In this document: one piece after another, positions 1 through 12,637 of the stretch
Numbering within the stretch: the stretch's first letter is position 1
How the letters are laid out: the number at the start of each line of letters is the position of its first letter
DNA from: the human T2T-CHM13v2.0 reference genome, Homo sapiens
Strand: one strand, 5' to 3'
Assembly (NCBI RefSeq): GCF_009914755.1
Contig: NC_060942.1
DNA: 64,000 nucleotides
Translations under genes and position numbers: made by a program
The notes under the pieces: generated by a model
Database searches by the model: none
Seen by the model: the letters and a program-made list of their open reading frames with translations, nothing else
Told to the model about the DNA's origin: nothing

Positions 1-175
1 TTCAGAATTTCAGAGGCAGTGGCAGTTTCCTACCTAGCAGTGGGAGGGGCAAGGTATCCATTTCTTTTCTCCTTAGCAAGTAAGGAGACACTTGGTGTCC
101 CTCCCAATGGAAGGATATAACTATTGAAACAGGCAGGGACGACTTGGACTGTGTAGACACAATTTGGGTAAAAAA

Positions 176-499
176 TTTTTTTTTTTTTGAGACAGAGTCT
201 CACTCTGTTGCCCAGGCTGGGGTGCAGAGGCGTGATCTTGGCTCACCGCAACCTCTGCCTCACAGATTCAAGCAATTCTCCTACCTCAGCTTCCCAAGTA
301 GCTGGGATTACAGGTGTCCACCACCACATCCAGCTAATTGTTGTGTTTTTTGTTTTTTTTGTTTTTTTTTTTTGTATTTTTAGTAGAGATGGGGTTTTGC
401 CATGTTGGCTAGCCTGGTCTCGAACTCCTGACCTCAGGAGATCCACCCACCTCAGCCTCCCAAAGTGCTGGGATTGCAGGCGTGAGCCACCACGCCTTG
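176..499 (-). mobile_element. Alu SINE (AluS-like), full length
   Basis: Poly-T then gagacagagtctcactctgttgcccaggctg...cccaaagtgctgggatt...gtgagccaccacgcc; the A-rich middle linker is expanded; degenerate TSD atttg(g/t)gtaaa on both sides. Confidence 0.97.
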
Positions 500-3179
500 C
501 TGATTTGTGTAAATTTTTTCTAATGATGAGTTAGTTGACCTGTGGTTGTTACAGTGCCTTCTACACATGGCATTTCTCTTTTTACCAAAACCGTCCATTT
601 GTTGGCTCCCAAAGGAAGGAGACAGGCAAATCTGCCCAACTGTCTCAGTCCCCCACCAACCCATACCCCTGGTTTGCCACTGGACTGACCACAGGCATGC
701 TGATGGGATGGCATTAATGGATATGTAAACAACTGTTTGAATACAAATTTGAGGTAGGCATGCCCTAGCTACATGGCCCTCCTAGAGTTATTTGTCTCCA
801 ATCATGGACTGCCTTGGAGAAGCTCTTCTAAAGACCATAGAATGCTTAATTGCAAATAGTTTTCATCAAAATGAATTTGAGCTGTTCCTATAGGCACACT
901 CCTGAGTTGGACCAGAGGTTGATAAGGCCCCCGACCCCAGCTCCAAATTGTTACCCTTTCTAAGCTTCTGAGAGAAGCGAAGGAGACTAGAGTATAGACT
1001 TGTTGGTACCAAGACAACAGGCAATTTGAAGTGAGGCTTTTCAGAGGAGGGGGCTCCCTGCTCCCAGGCATTGATCACACGGCGGTGCCCCCCAGCAGGA
1101 GCAGCAGTGAGCCTCCGGCGTGTTGGGCTGTGAATAGGTTGTCCTACACTGTCCCTCGATTTTATTCCCAGTTGCTTTTATGTGTCTGTGCTGACTGTCA
1201 AGGACTTGGGTGCCCCACGTCCATGTGTGGGAATCCTTCAACGAATCTTCCCTCTTACTGGGCCTGTTTTGCCTGGAAGCAGGTGGTAGAATTCAAAAGG
1301 CAAGTGTCCAGAGACTTTTTGTTGCTGTGATTAATTTCCCCGCCTCACTCGGGCTGGCAGGGCCTGCATCTTGACACAGTCGTGGCAGAGTGACCATTCG
1401 CTCACCATCCTCTGTTGATCAGATCGGTTCAGAAGTGGGGGCAGGAGATGAATATTTTCTCCTCCTGGATGCCTCTCTCTTCTGGGCTAGGATGATTCGT
1501 TTCTCCTCCACAGACAAATGCTGCCTCATTTAAAACTACTTTAATTAATCTTTTTGGAGAAGGAGGTGTTTTGAAAATGTGACAGGCACTCATGAGAGAG
1601 ATAATGGATGGATGGTGGGCACGTGAGGGGCCCCAGCATGCTCCTCGTGGCGAGGTGGGGTGTGTGCTACATAATTTGGGTAGGATCAAGCCCTCCAGGA
1701 CAAAAAATGAAAGAGGCATTTAATTGGAACACTTAGCAATCACAAAACCAAGACAGAGGTTAAATTGTTTTGAGCAAGAGAAATTAATACATTAAAGGTT
1801 ACATTTCCAACTGTGAGGCAGTGAGCTGGGCTCTTCCGCAGTGTCAGAATTACATAAGGCAGGAGAAATGGCTCTGAAATGATTGTGGAATCATTAACAA
1901 AAGGCAAGGCAGAGTAAGACACTTCCCAGCAGGAGGGTGCGGAGAAGAATAAAGACATGGAGGGAGCTCATTAAGAATGAATTGCAGACCATAAACATTT
2001 GAAACCACTCAGTGTGGAGTTCTATCTGTTATCTAATGACTCAGAAATTATAAAACTCGCAATGACTTTCAGAAAAGGAGTTGACTTTGCAGGAGGTTGT
2101 TTGCCATTACACATGCAAAAAGGTATTTTTTTTCAGTTGGGGGAAGATTCTCTTATCTTTGTAAATCAGCACAATTTAAGCAACTTCAGCTATCCTCTGA
2201 CAGATTTTTCTTCTGTATAATTACACATTGTCTCTGATTTCATTATAAGCGTATTGAAAAGAATGCGCTGGGCGAGGGAGGGGAAGCAACGGAGGCAGGG
2301 GGAGGAGCGGGAGGAGACAGAAGTCCACACCTTGATGTCTCACTACAAATTGACTCTCCACTTTATCTTCAGAAAGATCTGGAAAGCTCCATCCAGAAAG
2401 CCTGGCCAGTAAATCCTCTAACATGGATTCATGCTTTGTTTTGATTGAGTAAGGCTCCGTTTGTGCTACTGTTAATTGCATGGTTTGATAGACGAAGAGT
2501 CAGGATAAATGAAATGAGATAATCCATCCGTGGTGTTCACTCTCCCAAACCCTTTGCACACCCTCCTCCCCAAAATAAAAAGGAACACTTGAAACTCGGA
2601 TGATTTAAGACTCCAAACGCTGGCCATGTGTGAACTCTTTAATTTTCCAGAACATTCAGTGCTGTGCTTCTACATGCTCTTTATTTGTAGTTCACCCAAG
2701 TCAAAAATGGTAGAAAAACATCAAATCACATGAACAGGCATCACACCCAGGGCTCTAAAGTGCCTTTTGGGAAAATAGATGATGGTCCAGTAATGCGATA
2801 TCCTTCCGGAAAGAGCAGGGTTCAGAGAAGCTGTGGGAAGCTTTGTAAGGAGCGAACAAGGCTTTCACCAGTCAGTGAGACGCCCAGCCAGCCCTAGTGC
2901 TCAGACGGGAGGCATGTGTGTGGACAGCCCTGTGATCAGCTAGCACCATTTCATCTTGTAAGGGCCCCACAAGAAACGTAGAAGTGGACAAGGCCTGTGT
3001 GGCCCTTTCTCAATGCCTTCTGGTCTTGGTTGTTTATCTTTTAAAGTACATAGTAGGGTTAGGCCAGCTTCCTCATCTATCTGGAGCAACCAATGAAAGG
3101 GAACAGGATTAAAGTGAATAACGTGATATTTGAATAACTCATTATGTGAAGAATTCACAAGTGCACATGTTCATCACAA

Positions 3180-3422
3180 AAGTAGGGCTATTAGGATGGA
3201 ATTAGTGCCTTTATAAGAAAAAAAGAGACCAATGATCTCTTTTTCCATCACATGAGGACACAGAGAGAAGGTGGCCATCTGCAAATGAGAAAGAGAGCCC
3301 TAACCAGCCACGGAAGCTGCTGGCACTTTGGACTTCCCAGACTCCAGAACTGTGAAAAAATCCCTATCTGTTGTTCATGCCACCCAGTCCATGGTACTTT
3401 GTAATGGAAGTCCCAGCAGATT
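3180..3422 (+). mobile_element. MaLR LTR fragment (MLT1A/MSTD-like), 3' part
   Basis: gaggacacagagagaaggtggccatctgcaa...ggacttcccagactccagaactgtga...gccacccagtccatggtactttgtaatgg are typical MLT1A/MST motifs. Confidence 0.8.
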
Positions 3423-3524
3423 CATATGGCCCATGAGGTAGGTGAGGGCAAGGTGGCACTCTCCAAAGCAGAGGGCACATCAGCAGTGACAAGTGACATT
3501 CAGAGTTTTGTCATTTATGTATGC

Positions 3525-5927
3525 TGATATGGTTTGGTTGTGTCCCCACCCAAATCTCATCTTGAATTGTAGTTCCCATAATCCCAGGTATTGCAGGAGG
3601 AACTATTACCTCTGGAGGGAGGTAATTGAATCATGAAGGTGGTTACCTCCATGCTGTTCTTGTGATAGTGAGTGAGTTCTCATGAGATCTGATGGTTTTA
3701 TAAGGGGCTTTTCCACCCCTCTACTCTGCACTTCTCCTTGCTGCTGCCATGTGAAGAAGAAAGTGTTTGCTTCCTCTTCCACCATGATTGTAAGTTTCCT
3801 GAGGCCTCCCCAGCCCGCCCTGCAGAACTGTGAGTCAATTAAACCTCTTTCTTTTATAAATTACCTAGTCTTGGATATTTCTTCACAGCAGCATGAGAAC
3901 AAATGAATACAGTAAATTGGTACCACAGAGAGTAGGATGCTGCTGTAAAGATACCTGAAAATGTGGAAGCGACTTTGGAACTGGGTAACAGGAAGAGGTT
4001 GGAACAGTTTAGCAGGCTCAAAAGAAGACAGGAAAATGTGGGAAAGTTTGAGACTTCCTAGAGACTTGGAGGGCTCAGAAGACAGAAAGATGTGGGAAAG
4101 TTTGGAACTTCCTAGAGATTTGTTGAATGGCTTTGACCAAAGTGCTGATAGTAATATGGACAATGAAGTCCAGGCTGAGGTGGTCTCAGATGGAGATGAG
4201 GAACTTGCTGGGGACTGGAGCAAAGGTGACTCTTGTGCTTTAGCAAAGAGACTGGCAGCATTTTGCCCCTGCCCTAGAGATCTGTGGAACTTTGAACTTT
4301 AAAGAGATGATTTAGGGTATTTTGTGGAAGAAATTTCTAAGTGGGAAAGCATTCAAGAGGAAGCAAAGCATAAAAGTTTAGAAAATTTGTAGCCTAATGA
4401 TGCAATAGAAAAGAAGAACCAATTTTCTGGGGAGAAATTCAAGCCTGCTGAAGAATTTGCATAAGTAAAAAGGCAGCGAAGGTTATTCGCCAAGACAATG
4501 GGGAAGATGTCTCCAGGGCATGTCAGAGACCTTTGTGGAAGCTCCTCCCATCACAGGCCCAGAGGCCTAGGAGTAAAAAATGGCTTCATGGGCTGGGCTC
4601 AGGTTTCCTGTGTTGTGTGCAGCCTAGGGACTTGGTGCCCTATGTCCTAGCCACTCCAGCCATGGCTAAAAGGGGCCAAGATACAGCTCAGGTCATGGCT
4701 TCAGAAGGTGCAAGCCCCAGGCCTTGGCAGCTTCCACATGGTGTTGAGCCTGCAGGTGTACAGAAGTTAAGAATTGAGGTTTGGGAACCTCTGCCTATAT
4801 TTCAGAGAATGTAATAAAACACCTGGGTGTCCAGGCAGAAGTTTGCTGCAGAGGTGGAGCCCTCCTGGAGAACCTGTGGAAGGACAGTGTGTAAGGGAAA
4901 TGTGGGGCCAGAGCCCCCACAAAGAGTCCCCGCTGGGGCACTGTCTAGTGGAGTTGTGAGAAGAGGGCCACTGTCCTCCAGACCCCAGAATCGTAGATCT
5001 GCTGACAGCTTGCATCATGCACCTGGAAAAGCCATAGAAACTCAATGCAGCCAGGTCGGGGGCTGTACCCTGCAAAGCCACAGGGTCAGAGCTGCCCAAG
5101 ACCATGGGAACCCACCTCTTACATCAGCATGACCTGAATGTGAGACATGGAGTCAAAGGCAATCATTTTGGAGCTTTAAGATTTGACTGCCCCACTGGAT
5201 TTTGGATCTGTATGGGGCCTGTAACCCCTTTGCTTTGACCAATTTCTTCCATTTGGAAAGGCTGTATTTACCCAATGTCTCTACCCCCATTGTACTGTTT
5301 TTGCCAATTTCTCCCATTTGGAGAGGCTGCATTTACCAAATGTCTGTACCCCCATTGTATCTAGGAAGTAACTAACTTGCTTTTGGTTTTACAGGCTCAT
5401 AGGCAGAAGTGACATGCCTTGTCTCAGATGAGACTTTGGATTTGGACTTTTGGGCTAATGCTGGAATGAGCTAAGAATTTGGGGGACTGTTGGAAAAGCA
5501 TGATTGTGTTTTGGAATGTGAGGACATGATATTTGGGAGGGGCCGGGGTGGAATGATATGGTTTGGCCATGTCCCCACCCAAATCTCATCTTGAATTATA
5601 TTTCCCATAATCCCTACATGTCATGGGAGGGACCCGGTGGGAGGTAATTGAATCACAGGGGCAGTTACTTCCATGCTGCTCTCATGATAGTGAATGCGTT
5701 CTCATGAGATCTGATGGTTTTATAAGGGGGCTCCCCCATTTCACTCTGCACTTCTCCTTGCTGCTGCCATGTAAAGAAGGATGTGTTTGCTTCCCCTCCT
5801 GCCATGATTGTATGTTTCCTGAGGCCTACCCAGACCTGAGGAACTATGAGTCAATTAAACCTCTTTCCTTTATAAATTACCCAGTCTTGAGTATTTCCTC
5901 ATAGCTGTATGAGAATGGACTAACACA
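3525..5927 (+). mobile_element. Complete THE1 (THE1C/D-like) MaLR element: 5' LTR 3525-3911, internal 3912-5553, 3' LTR 5554-5927
   Basis: Two direct LTRs starting tgatatggtttgg..gtccccacccaaatctcatcttgaatt and ending aataca/aacaca; internal part starts gtaaattggtacc; purine-rich tract gggaggggccggggtggaa before the 3' LTR; degenerate 5-bp TSD tatgc/cacgc. Confidence 0.95.
3961..4302 (+). pseudogene. Remnant of the THE1/MaLR internal-region ORF (not a host gene)
   Basis: Translation MWKRLWNWVTGRGWNSL..MWESLELPRDLLNGFDQ..EVQAEVVSDGDEEL is the typical MaLR-int reading frame; it lies wholly inside the THE1 internal region. Confidence 0.75.
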
Positions 5928-6355
5928 CACGCCCAGTTGGTGGCTTTACAAATCATATTTTCTAGTCTTAATCAAGATAATGGTCACAAAATAGACAAAT
6001 GGCTTAATAAATTCTTGCAAAGAAATTGTAGATTATAGATAACACTAATAATGCAGGAATAAGCTAATCAGAAATAGTTAACTTTGAGGTTTCTACTCTT
6101 CATAGGAGTGTTTCTTCTTCCAAAACAAAAGTCTAATCTGACAAAAATGTGACCAAAAAATTAAAAATGAGCAGGGTTTGAAATATGTATTCACAACCGT
6201 TATCCTTAAGGATGAAGGCTGTTCTGTTCTAAATGTTAGTTATATATATTGTATTTCATGAGTTATCATTTTCAACAATCATGACAAATTCAACAAAATA
6301 GAGGCATAAACTGAGTTTTTAACCATTGCTTAAACTATATCATTACAGCTTAAAT

Positions 6356-7756
6356 CAGTGGTTCTTAAACTTTTTGACCCCAGGATATCTTTATACCCTT
6401 AATATTTATTGAGAAGCTTAAAGAGCTTTAATTTTTGTGGGATATACCTATTAGTATTTACCACATTAGCAATTAAAACTGAAAACATTTGAAATATTAT
6501 TTTAGGAATTCATTTAACATATTGCTGTTTAAGTTAACATAAATAACATATTTTTATGAAATAGCTATATTTTCTAAAGCAAAAGAAATATAGAGAGAAG
6601 AGTATCATTCTTTACATTTTTTGCAAATCTCCTCAATGTAAGGATTAATACCTATCTGAATTGTTGTATCTGCTTCTGCATTTAGTCTGTTGTGATATGT
6701 CGTTTTCATTGAAGTATATGAGGAAAATCTGGCTCATCCAACTACATAGTTGGAAAAGGCAGAAATATCTGAGTAGCCTTTCAGATAATTGTAGACCTTC
6801 TTCTTTGATACTACACCAAAACTTGACAAATGGTCGTTCTTACTAGTAACATGGATTCTGAACCTTTGTATCATATCAATGAACCTTCATGTCAATGAAC
6901 CTTTGTACTCTCTAATATTAAAATCCACTTGTCTATCTTGCACTTTGAATAAATTTTTTATTCATGTATAATTTTGTAACATTTTGCATTGTTTCAAAAA
7001 TATTTGCCCACTAAACTCTGCAGACCTTCCAAGTGTTGAAACATTTTATTATATACCATCAAAATATCACATTTGTTAGTATCACCCAATCTCATAAGAA
7101 AAGTCTTTAAGTTTTGGGAAGCTGTCAAGCTCATGGTGGTAGACAATGTTTTTCAAAATTCTAATTTTCACTCGAAAGATTGAATTTTATCCTTGGCAAC
7201 AAATGCTGTCAGTTATTTTTCCCTGTAGTTACAGGCTCACTTTGTTCATTTTGAGAAAATGTGTGCCAAATACCCAAATGTGAATAACCATAGTTTTTCT
7301 GTCAGTCATTCTTTTGAGCAAAAATGGTGTTCCATGAAAAATGTGGCTGGTTCAGCTCCCAGACCCAACAGTCATGCAAATGCTTTTCCTGGAGACAACA
7401 TCTTCCTTTGTTGTGAGGCAGAAGTTCCCATTTCATCACTCAGAATATTAAAAAGACATGTATTTGAAGATCAAGATTGAATAATAATTCTTACAGCTTC
7501 ATCCAGGAAGTGAAATTGGCTGTTTTTTGTAATGTGGATATGACAGTGAAAAATATGACTACTAGTATGATTGTATCTAGATACCCACAGTTTTGTTCAC
7601 TGTTGATTTCGCACCACCAGAGCAAGGTCCACATAGTGAAAAGAGCAAATAACAACTGGTATTAGGGAAACGATTAGAGAAATCATTTTGACCTCATGGA
7701 CTGACTGAATGGGTTCTGGGGACTCTAAGTGACAAATCACACTTTGTTAAATGCTG
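6356..7756 (-). mobile_element. hAT-Charlie DNA transposon (Charlie1a-like), near full length, ~1.4 kb
   Basis: Termini cagtggttcttaaac... and ...cacactttgttaaatgctg; internal Charlie1-type motifs (aaagagcttt..tgtggg..tatacc; ttttgacctcatggac). Confidence 0.85.
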
Positions 7757-7860
7757 GTTTACAGCAAGATTTTTAAAGGTAATGATGCATATTCAATCAT
7801 GTTGCCTAATATCAACAAATTAATAAAAATAAATCAGTTTATTAAAAATTTGAGCCATTA

Positions 7861-8152
<292 letters not shown>

Positions 8153-8193
8153 TTGAGCCATTAGTAAGTAAAATAATTTAAAAGATTATTTAT

Positions 8194-8450
8194 TGATATT
8201 ATTTTGCTCTGTCCCCACCCAAATCTCCTGCCAAATTATAATATGCAATGTTGGGGGAGGGGTCTGGGGAGGTGACTGAATCATGGGGTGGACTTCCTTC
8301 TTGCTCTTCTTATGATAGTGAGTGAGTTATTCCAAGATATGGTTGTTTGAAAGTGTGTGGCACCTCCCTCTTTGCTGTCTCTCTCTCCTGCTGCCATGTG
8401 AAGACATGCTTGCTTCCCCTTCATCCTTCTGCCACGACTGCAAGTTTCCT
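8194..8450 (+). mobile_element. MST-type MaLR LTR (MSTA-like), 3'-truncated
   Basis: ctctgtccccacccaaatctc..gaggtgactgaatcatgggg..gatagtgagtgagtt..aaagtgtgtggcacctcc..gccatgtgaagacatg. Confidence 0.85.
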
Positions 8451-8479
8451 TTCTAACGCTGGACCTTCATTTTGCCTTT

Positions 8480-8760
8480 AGAAGCCTTTGGTGTTCCCGT
8501 GACCTTCAGGGAAGAATTCCAGCTCCTTAGTGGAGCACTCATTCCTGGGATCTGGCCACTGCCTCACTGGCCCCTCATGCCCCTGTGTGGAACTCTGCTT
8601 TTGCACATGCTGTTTCCTCTTTTAGGAATGCTCTGCCTCACTCTCCACCTGTCCTCTATCCTGGCCTTTTACTCCTCCAAAGCTACTCTCCAATTCCCTA
8701 CCTGGGTTGACCCCAAACCTTTAAGTATCAGACCAAGTTTCTTCTACTCTTGGAAGATCT
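8480..8760 (+). mobile_element. L2 LINE fragment
   Basis: cttttgcacatgctgtttcctct..ggaatgctct resembles the L2 3' region. Confidence 0.5.
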
Positions 8761-8774
8761 GTCTTATGTAATTT

Positions 8775-8960
8775 TGGGTTCAAACCTTGGTTTTGCCATT
8801 TCATATCTTCAGATCTTGGCCATATTACTTACCCTTTTGTAGTTTCAATCTCTTCACCTATGAAAGGGCCTATTTCATTGCTTATTGTGGGGATTAAGTG
8901 AGATAAACACTTGTGAAGTGCCTGATACAGCTCCTGGAAAAGACCAGGAGCTCCACTAAT
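8775..8960 (+). mobile_element. MIR SINE
   Basis: tgggttcaaacctt..ttacttaccctt..ctcttcacctatgaaa..ttgtggggattaagtgagataa..gtgaagtgcct. Confidence 0.75.
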
Positions 8961-9176
8961 AATCATATCTCTCTTGTTGTCCTATCCTCTTAGTTTCTTT
9001 AATAATATGCTGCCAATGGGTGCTTACATTCCATTGTGATGATTTTCTTGACACCAGAGCCTTTCCTTTGTTTAATTCTCTAATATCTAGCATGAAAGTA
9101 GAATACTGCAAGCCCCCAATAAATGCATGTTAAATGAATAACAAAATGAAATCAGAAGTAAGGAGTGAAACACAGC

Positions 9177-9380
9177 CTGCACTATTCAACATGGTAGCCA
9201 ATAGCCACGTGTAGTTTTTAAAATTTAAATTTAAGTACACGTAAATTAAATCAAATTAAAAAGCAGCTTCTTGGTTGCACTAGCTACATTTTAAGCCACA
9301 TTGGCTTGTGGCTTCCACACTGGGCAGCACAGATGATAGAGCCTTGCCCTCGTTGCAGAAAGTGCTACTGGATGGTGCTG
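9177..9380 (+). mobile_element. MER3-like hAT-Charlie non-autonomous element
   Basis: atggtagccaatagccacgtg..ttgcactagctacatttta..gcagaaagtgctactggatggtgctg. Confidence 0.8.
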
Positions 9381-10689
9381 CGACCTTGCATTTTCTAGCT
9401 AGTGATGTTGATTTCCTATCTCTCATTCCACAGTAAAAGGCTTGCATGCAAATGCTTTTGCTATGGAAAATAATAACAACACTAATATTAATAGCACATT
9501 AAAACTTGGATAGTCAGCAAGCTGCTCCAGAACCCTGTTGGCAGAGCATGTGTAAGATACTATCATGCATGAGGGAGGGAGGGTCTTGGGACAGCCTACT
9601 CACCACTTTTTTTCAACCCAAGCAGGATTATCCTTCTGGACAGGGTGTACGGGGGCAGGAAGAGAGCTCTGTAACTCGGAGACCATCGTGAGCTGATGAG
9701 CACTCATTAACTTGACCTGACGTGAGAATGGGAGCAATTTTCATGCCTGTTTTTCTCCGCTCCTGTGTGTAGGCCCAGCGAGAATGGGTATTCAATGGCC
9801 TTTGGGGGAGGTATTTGAGCACAGTTTGTGGTGCATGGCACCACTGATGGGTGCCTTTTCCTTAGAAGCAATACAACGTTTCTTTTTCAAGTGAGCCACC
9901 CCCATCTCCAAGGGCTGCAGCCCATCTCTACCAGCATGTCTCTGTTGTCATGATGATGCCGAGTTGAAGGACCATTCCAGGAACGCATGATTCATGACCT
10001 TCATTTGGTATTAAGCTTCTGCACATACAGTTTTCCAGAAGCGAACTGTGACATCTAGAGTTCATGAGTGGATGGTTGGTGGGAGAGCCACAGTGTCATG
10101 GGCTTTTCTCTTGGCTTTGAACTTCCTCTTATGCCTGTGCCAGACTCTGAGTCTGGCCTCATGTCCACTGGCTTTGTTTCCCATTTTCCAGCTCCTTGGA
10201 TAAGAGGGCACTGTTTGACTCTGTCCTGCCAAGGTAGCAGAAGTCAGGGGCAGCTTTCAAGGTTTCAATGCCAATGAAGACTTCAGTGGCAAGGTGGCCT
10301 TCGCTGGATGTGAATCACACAGGACCCAGGCTTTTAGGATGATGAATAGCTACAGCATGGCCCTCATGGGAAATGTGACTCAGTCGCTGGCGGAATTCTT
10401 GGGCGAGGGGGAAAGGTGTCTTGGGATCAGGAGCACATTCCAATGCCGGCTCTGGCTCATAGGACGCTAGAGTGGAGAGACATTAGGGGGTATGTAGCTC
10501 AAGTGTCTGATTTTATAGATAAAGAGGAAGAGAGCTGGCGAGCTGGAGGGGCTTCCCTGAGGGCACAAAACCAGGGCTGGAACCAAATTTTTTTGACATC
10601 CTGTCCTGTGTTCTCAATATGGCATGTGGAAGGTTGCTGCTTCCTCATTAAATCAAATCCTTTGATGTTGATTGTTCTGAGGTTAAGAA

Positions 10690-11270
10690 GTTTTGTCTCT
10701 GCAGCTGAACTATAAGCTTTATGAGGATAGGGACTTTTTTAGTGTTCTTTAGCATCCTGAAGAAATTTACAGTACAGCTAGGGAAGAGAAAACTAACACA
10801 TACAAAATCAATAAAGAATCATTGTATACTAAACCAAGTGTTGAGTAGAATGGGGATTCAGAGGAAGGAGATATTTGTACGCACTCAAATAATTGGAAAA
10901 ACTTAGAATCAGATTTGTCTTAAGAAGTGGAAGGGAAGTAAGAAGATGTCCTAGTAAGGGAGTGCACCTCTGAAGGCTTGAAGACTGGGAGGGGAGTGGA
11001 AGTGAGACAACACGCTGGAAACAGAGACCTCCCCAAGGAAACTGTGGGAGACAAGGTTGGAAGGTTAGGGTGGCTCAGGCTGTTAGGTGCCATGGAAGCC
11101 AGGCTGAGGGGTCTGTGGCAACTGAGGAGCTTCTGGGAGCTTTTGAGCTGGGGAACAGCAGGTGACACGAGCTGGAGGCAGCATCTGGAGGCAGGTGGAG
11201 AGGAAGCAGAGGAGGATGTGAAGAGTGCATTGGGAGCTACACAGAGGGGATTTGTCACAGTGAGGAAGGC
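10690..11270 (-). mobile_element. L2 LINE fragments
   Basis: Purine-rich degenerate L2 antisense pattern (gaaatttacagtacagctaggg..; gtgccatggaagccaggctgagggg..ggagcttttgagctggg). Confidence 0.45.
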
Positions 11271-11289
11271 TGAGAGCTTGGAGGTCCTC

Positions 11290-11460
11290 CTTAGATAGCT
11301 CTGAGTCCAAATCCAAGCTCCACACTTGCTGGCATGACCTTGGGCGGGGAATATTTTTTCACCTGTCCTCAGTTTACTCTTCTGTAAAATGGGGATAATA
11401 TAATTTACTCCCAAGGGCTACATGTAATAACATCTATGAAATGCTTAGTTTGGTTCCAAA
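11290..11460 (+). mobile_element. MIR SINE
   Basis: tgaccttgggc..cctcagtttactcttctgtaaaatggggataata MIR core. Confidence 0.8.
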
Positions 11461-11490
11461 TACGTGGAAAAACACCCAGTCTATGGTGGC

Positions 11491-11900
11491 CGCATTAGTT
11501 TCTTGTGGCTGTTGTAACAAATGATCACAAACTTGAAGGTTGAAAACAATTGAAATGTATTCTCTCCTATTTCTAGAAGCCACTAGTCTGAACTCAGCAT
11601 CAGTGAGTCGAAATCGAGGGCTGACAGGACCGGATTCCCTCTGGGTGGTCCAGGAAGGAATTCGATTCCTTTCCTTTCCAACACCAAGAGCTGCATTCCT
11701 TGTGTTCTGTGGGTCACGGTCACTGCCCCCGTTGTCCAAGCCAGCAGCACAGCCTCTCTGTGAGTCGGCTTCTCTCTGCTTCCATTGCTTGGCTCTGTCT
11801 CCTGCGGGCAAAGCCCCTTCTGCCTCCTTCTTGTGATGACACATGCAATTGCATCAGGCCCACCAGCATGGTCCAGGACCACCTCCCTGTGCTACGCTGA
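11491..11900 (-). mobile_element. MLT1 LTR (MLT1D/E-like)
   Basis: cattagtttcttgtggctgttgtaacaaatgatcacaaactt..aaaacaa..ttctagaagcca..gagctgcattcctt..tccaagccagca. Confidence 0.8.
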
Positions 11901-11914
11901 GTTCTACAGGTGAG

Positions 11915-12085
11915 GGCTCTGTTCACAAAGCGCCACACACCTGGCGTCGTAGCACAGGAATTCATTGTCTGACAGCTCTGGGGGTCAGATGTCCCAGATC
12001 ATGGTGTTGGCAGGGTGGGCTCCTTCTGGAGGATTGGAGGGAGAAGCTGCTCAGACCTTTCTGCTGGCTTCAGGCGGTGGCTGGG
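11915..12085 (-). mobile_element. Second MLT1 LTR fragment
   Basis: ggaattcattgtctgacagctctgggggtcagatgtccc..ggtgttggcagggtgggctccttctggagg. Confidence 0.65.
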
Positions 12086-12637
12086 GTGGAGGAGGTGAGC
12101 AGATGGAGGAGCTGAGAGGTGGGAGAGGTGGGGGACAGAGAGGGAGTCTAGCAGCACCAGCCCAGAACTTGGGTGATGAGGACAATTAGTCTACATTGGA
12201 GGGCCCCATCTCCCGGCAGGACTCCTTCTGTTCTCCAAGGTGGGGGTAGCATTAGCTGAGTGATTTCTTGCGTTTGTCTGAGACTAGAGGGTGTCCTGGC
12301 CAGGTTCTCGGGTGTCTGGAATGCTGTCTTCCAGGAGATACTGGGCATGGAGACAAACACGTGTCCATGGCCGCAGGACCAGCTGGCCGTGAGGGGACTG
12401 CCTGTGTGGTCTTGCCGCAGTGGGTCCCCGTCCAGGTGGTGCAGAGGGAACGTGGGGCTGAGGTGTCTTCATGGGAGGCCATGTCGGGGGGGCATTCCAC
12501 GGCCACGCTCTGTCTTCATGTCCTCCAGGCATAAGCAGAATAAACAGATGAACACAGAGAGACTGGGACCAAAGCACTGGTGACAACCCTCTTCCTGATG
12601 GTGTCCTGAGTGTGGGAGAGCAGTGACCACCAGTAAG

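Noticed and set aside
144-534. ORFs of 79-115 aa
   Set aside because: Translations of the antisense Alu; the same applies to ORFs at ~18.2 kb and ~21.7 kb
2270-2312. Possible G-quadruplex
   Set aside because: One loop is ~14 nt; comparable G-rich patches are common
4010-4125. ~57-bp duplication (gggctcagaagacag..atgtgggaaagtttg..acttcctagaga) in THE1-int
   Set aside because: I recall this as a feature of some THE1C/D internal consensus sequences, so it is probably not locus-specific
6858-6910. Short repeated tcaatgaacctt motifs inside the Charlie element
   Set aside because: Ordinary slippage duplication in a transposon fossil
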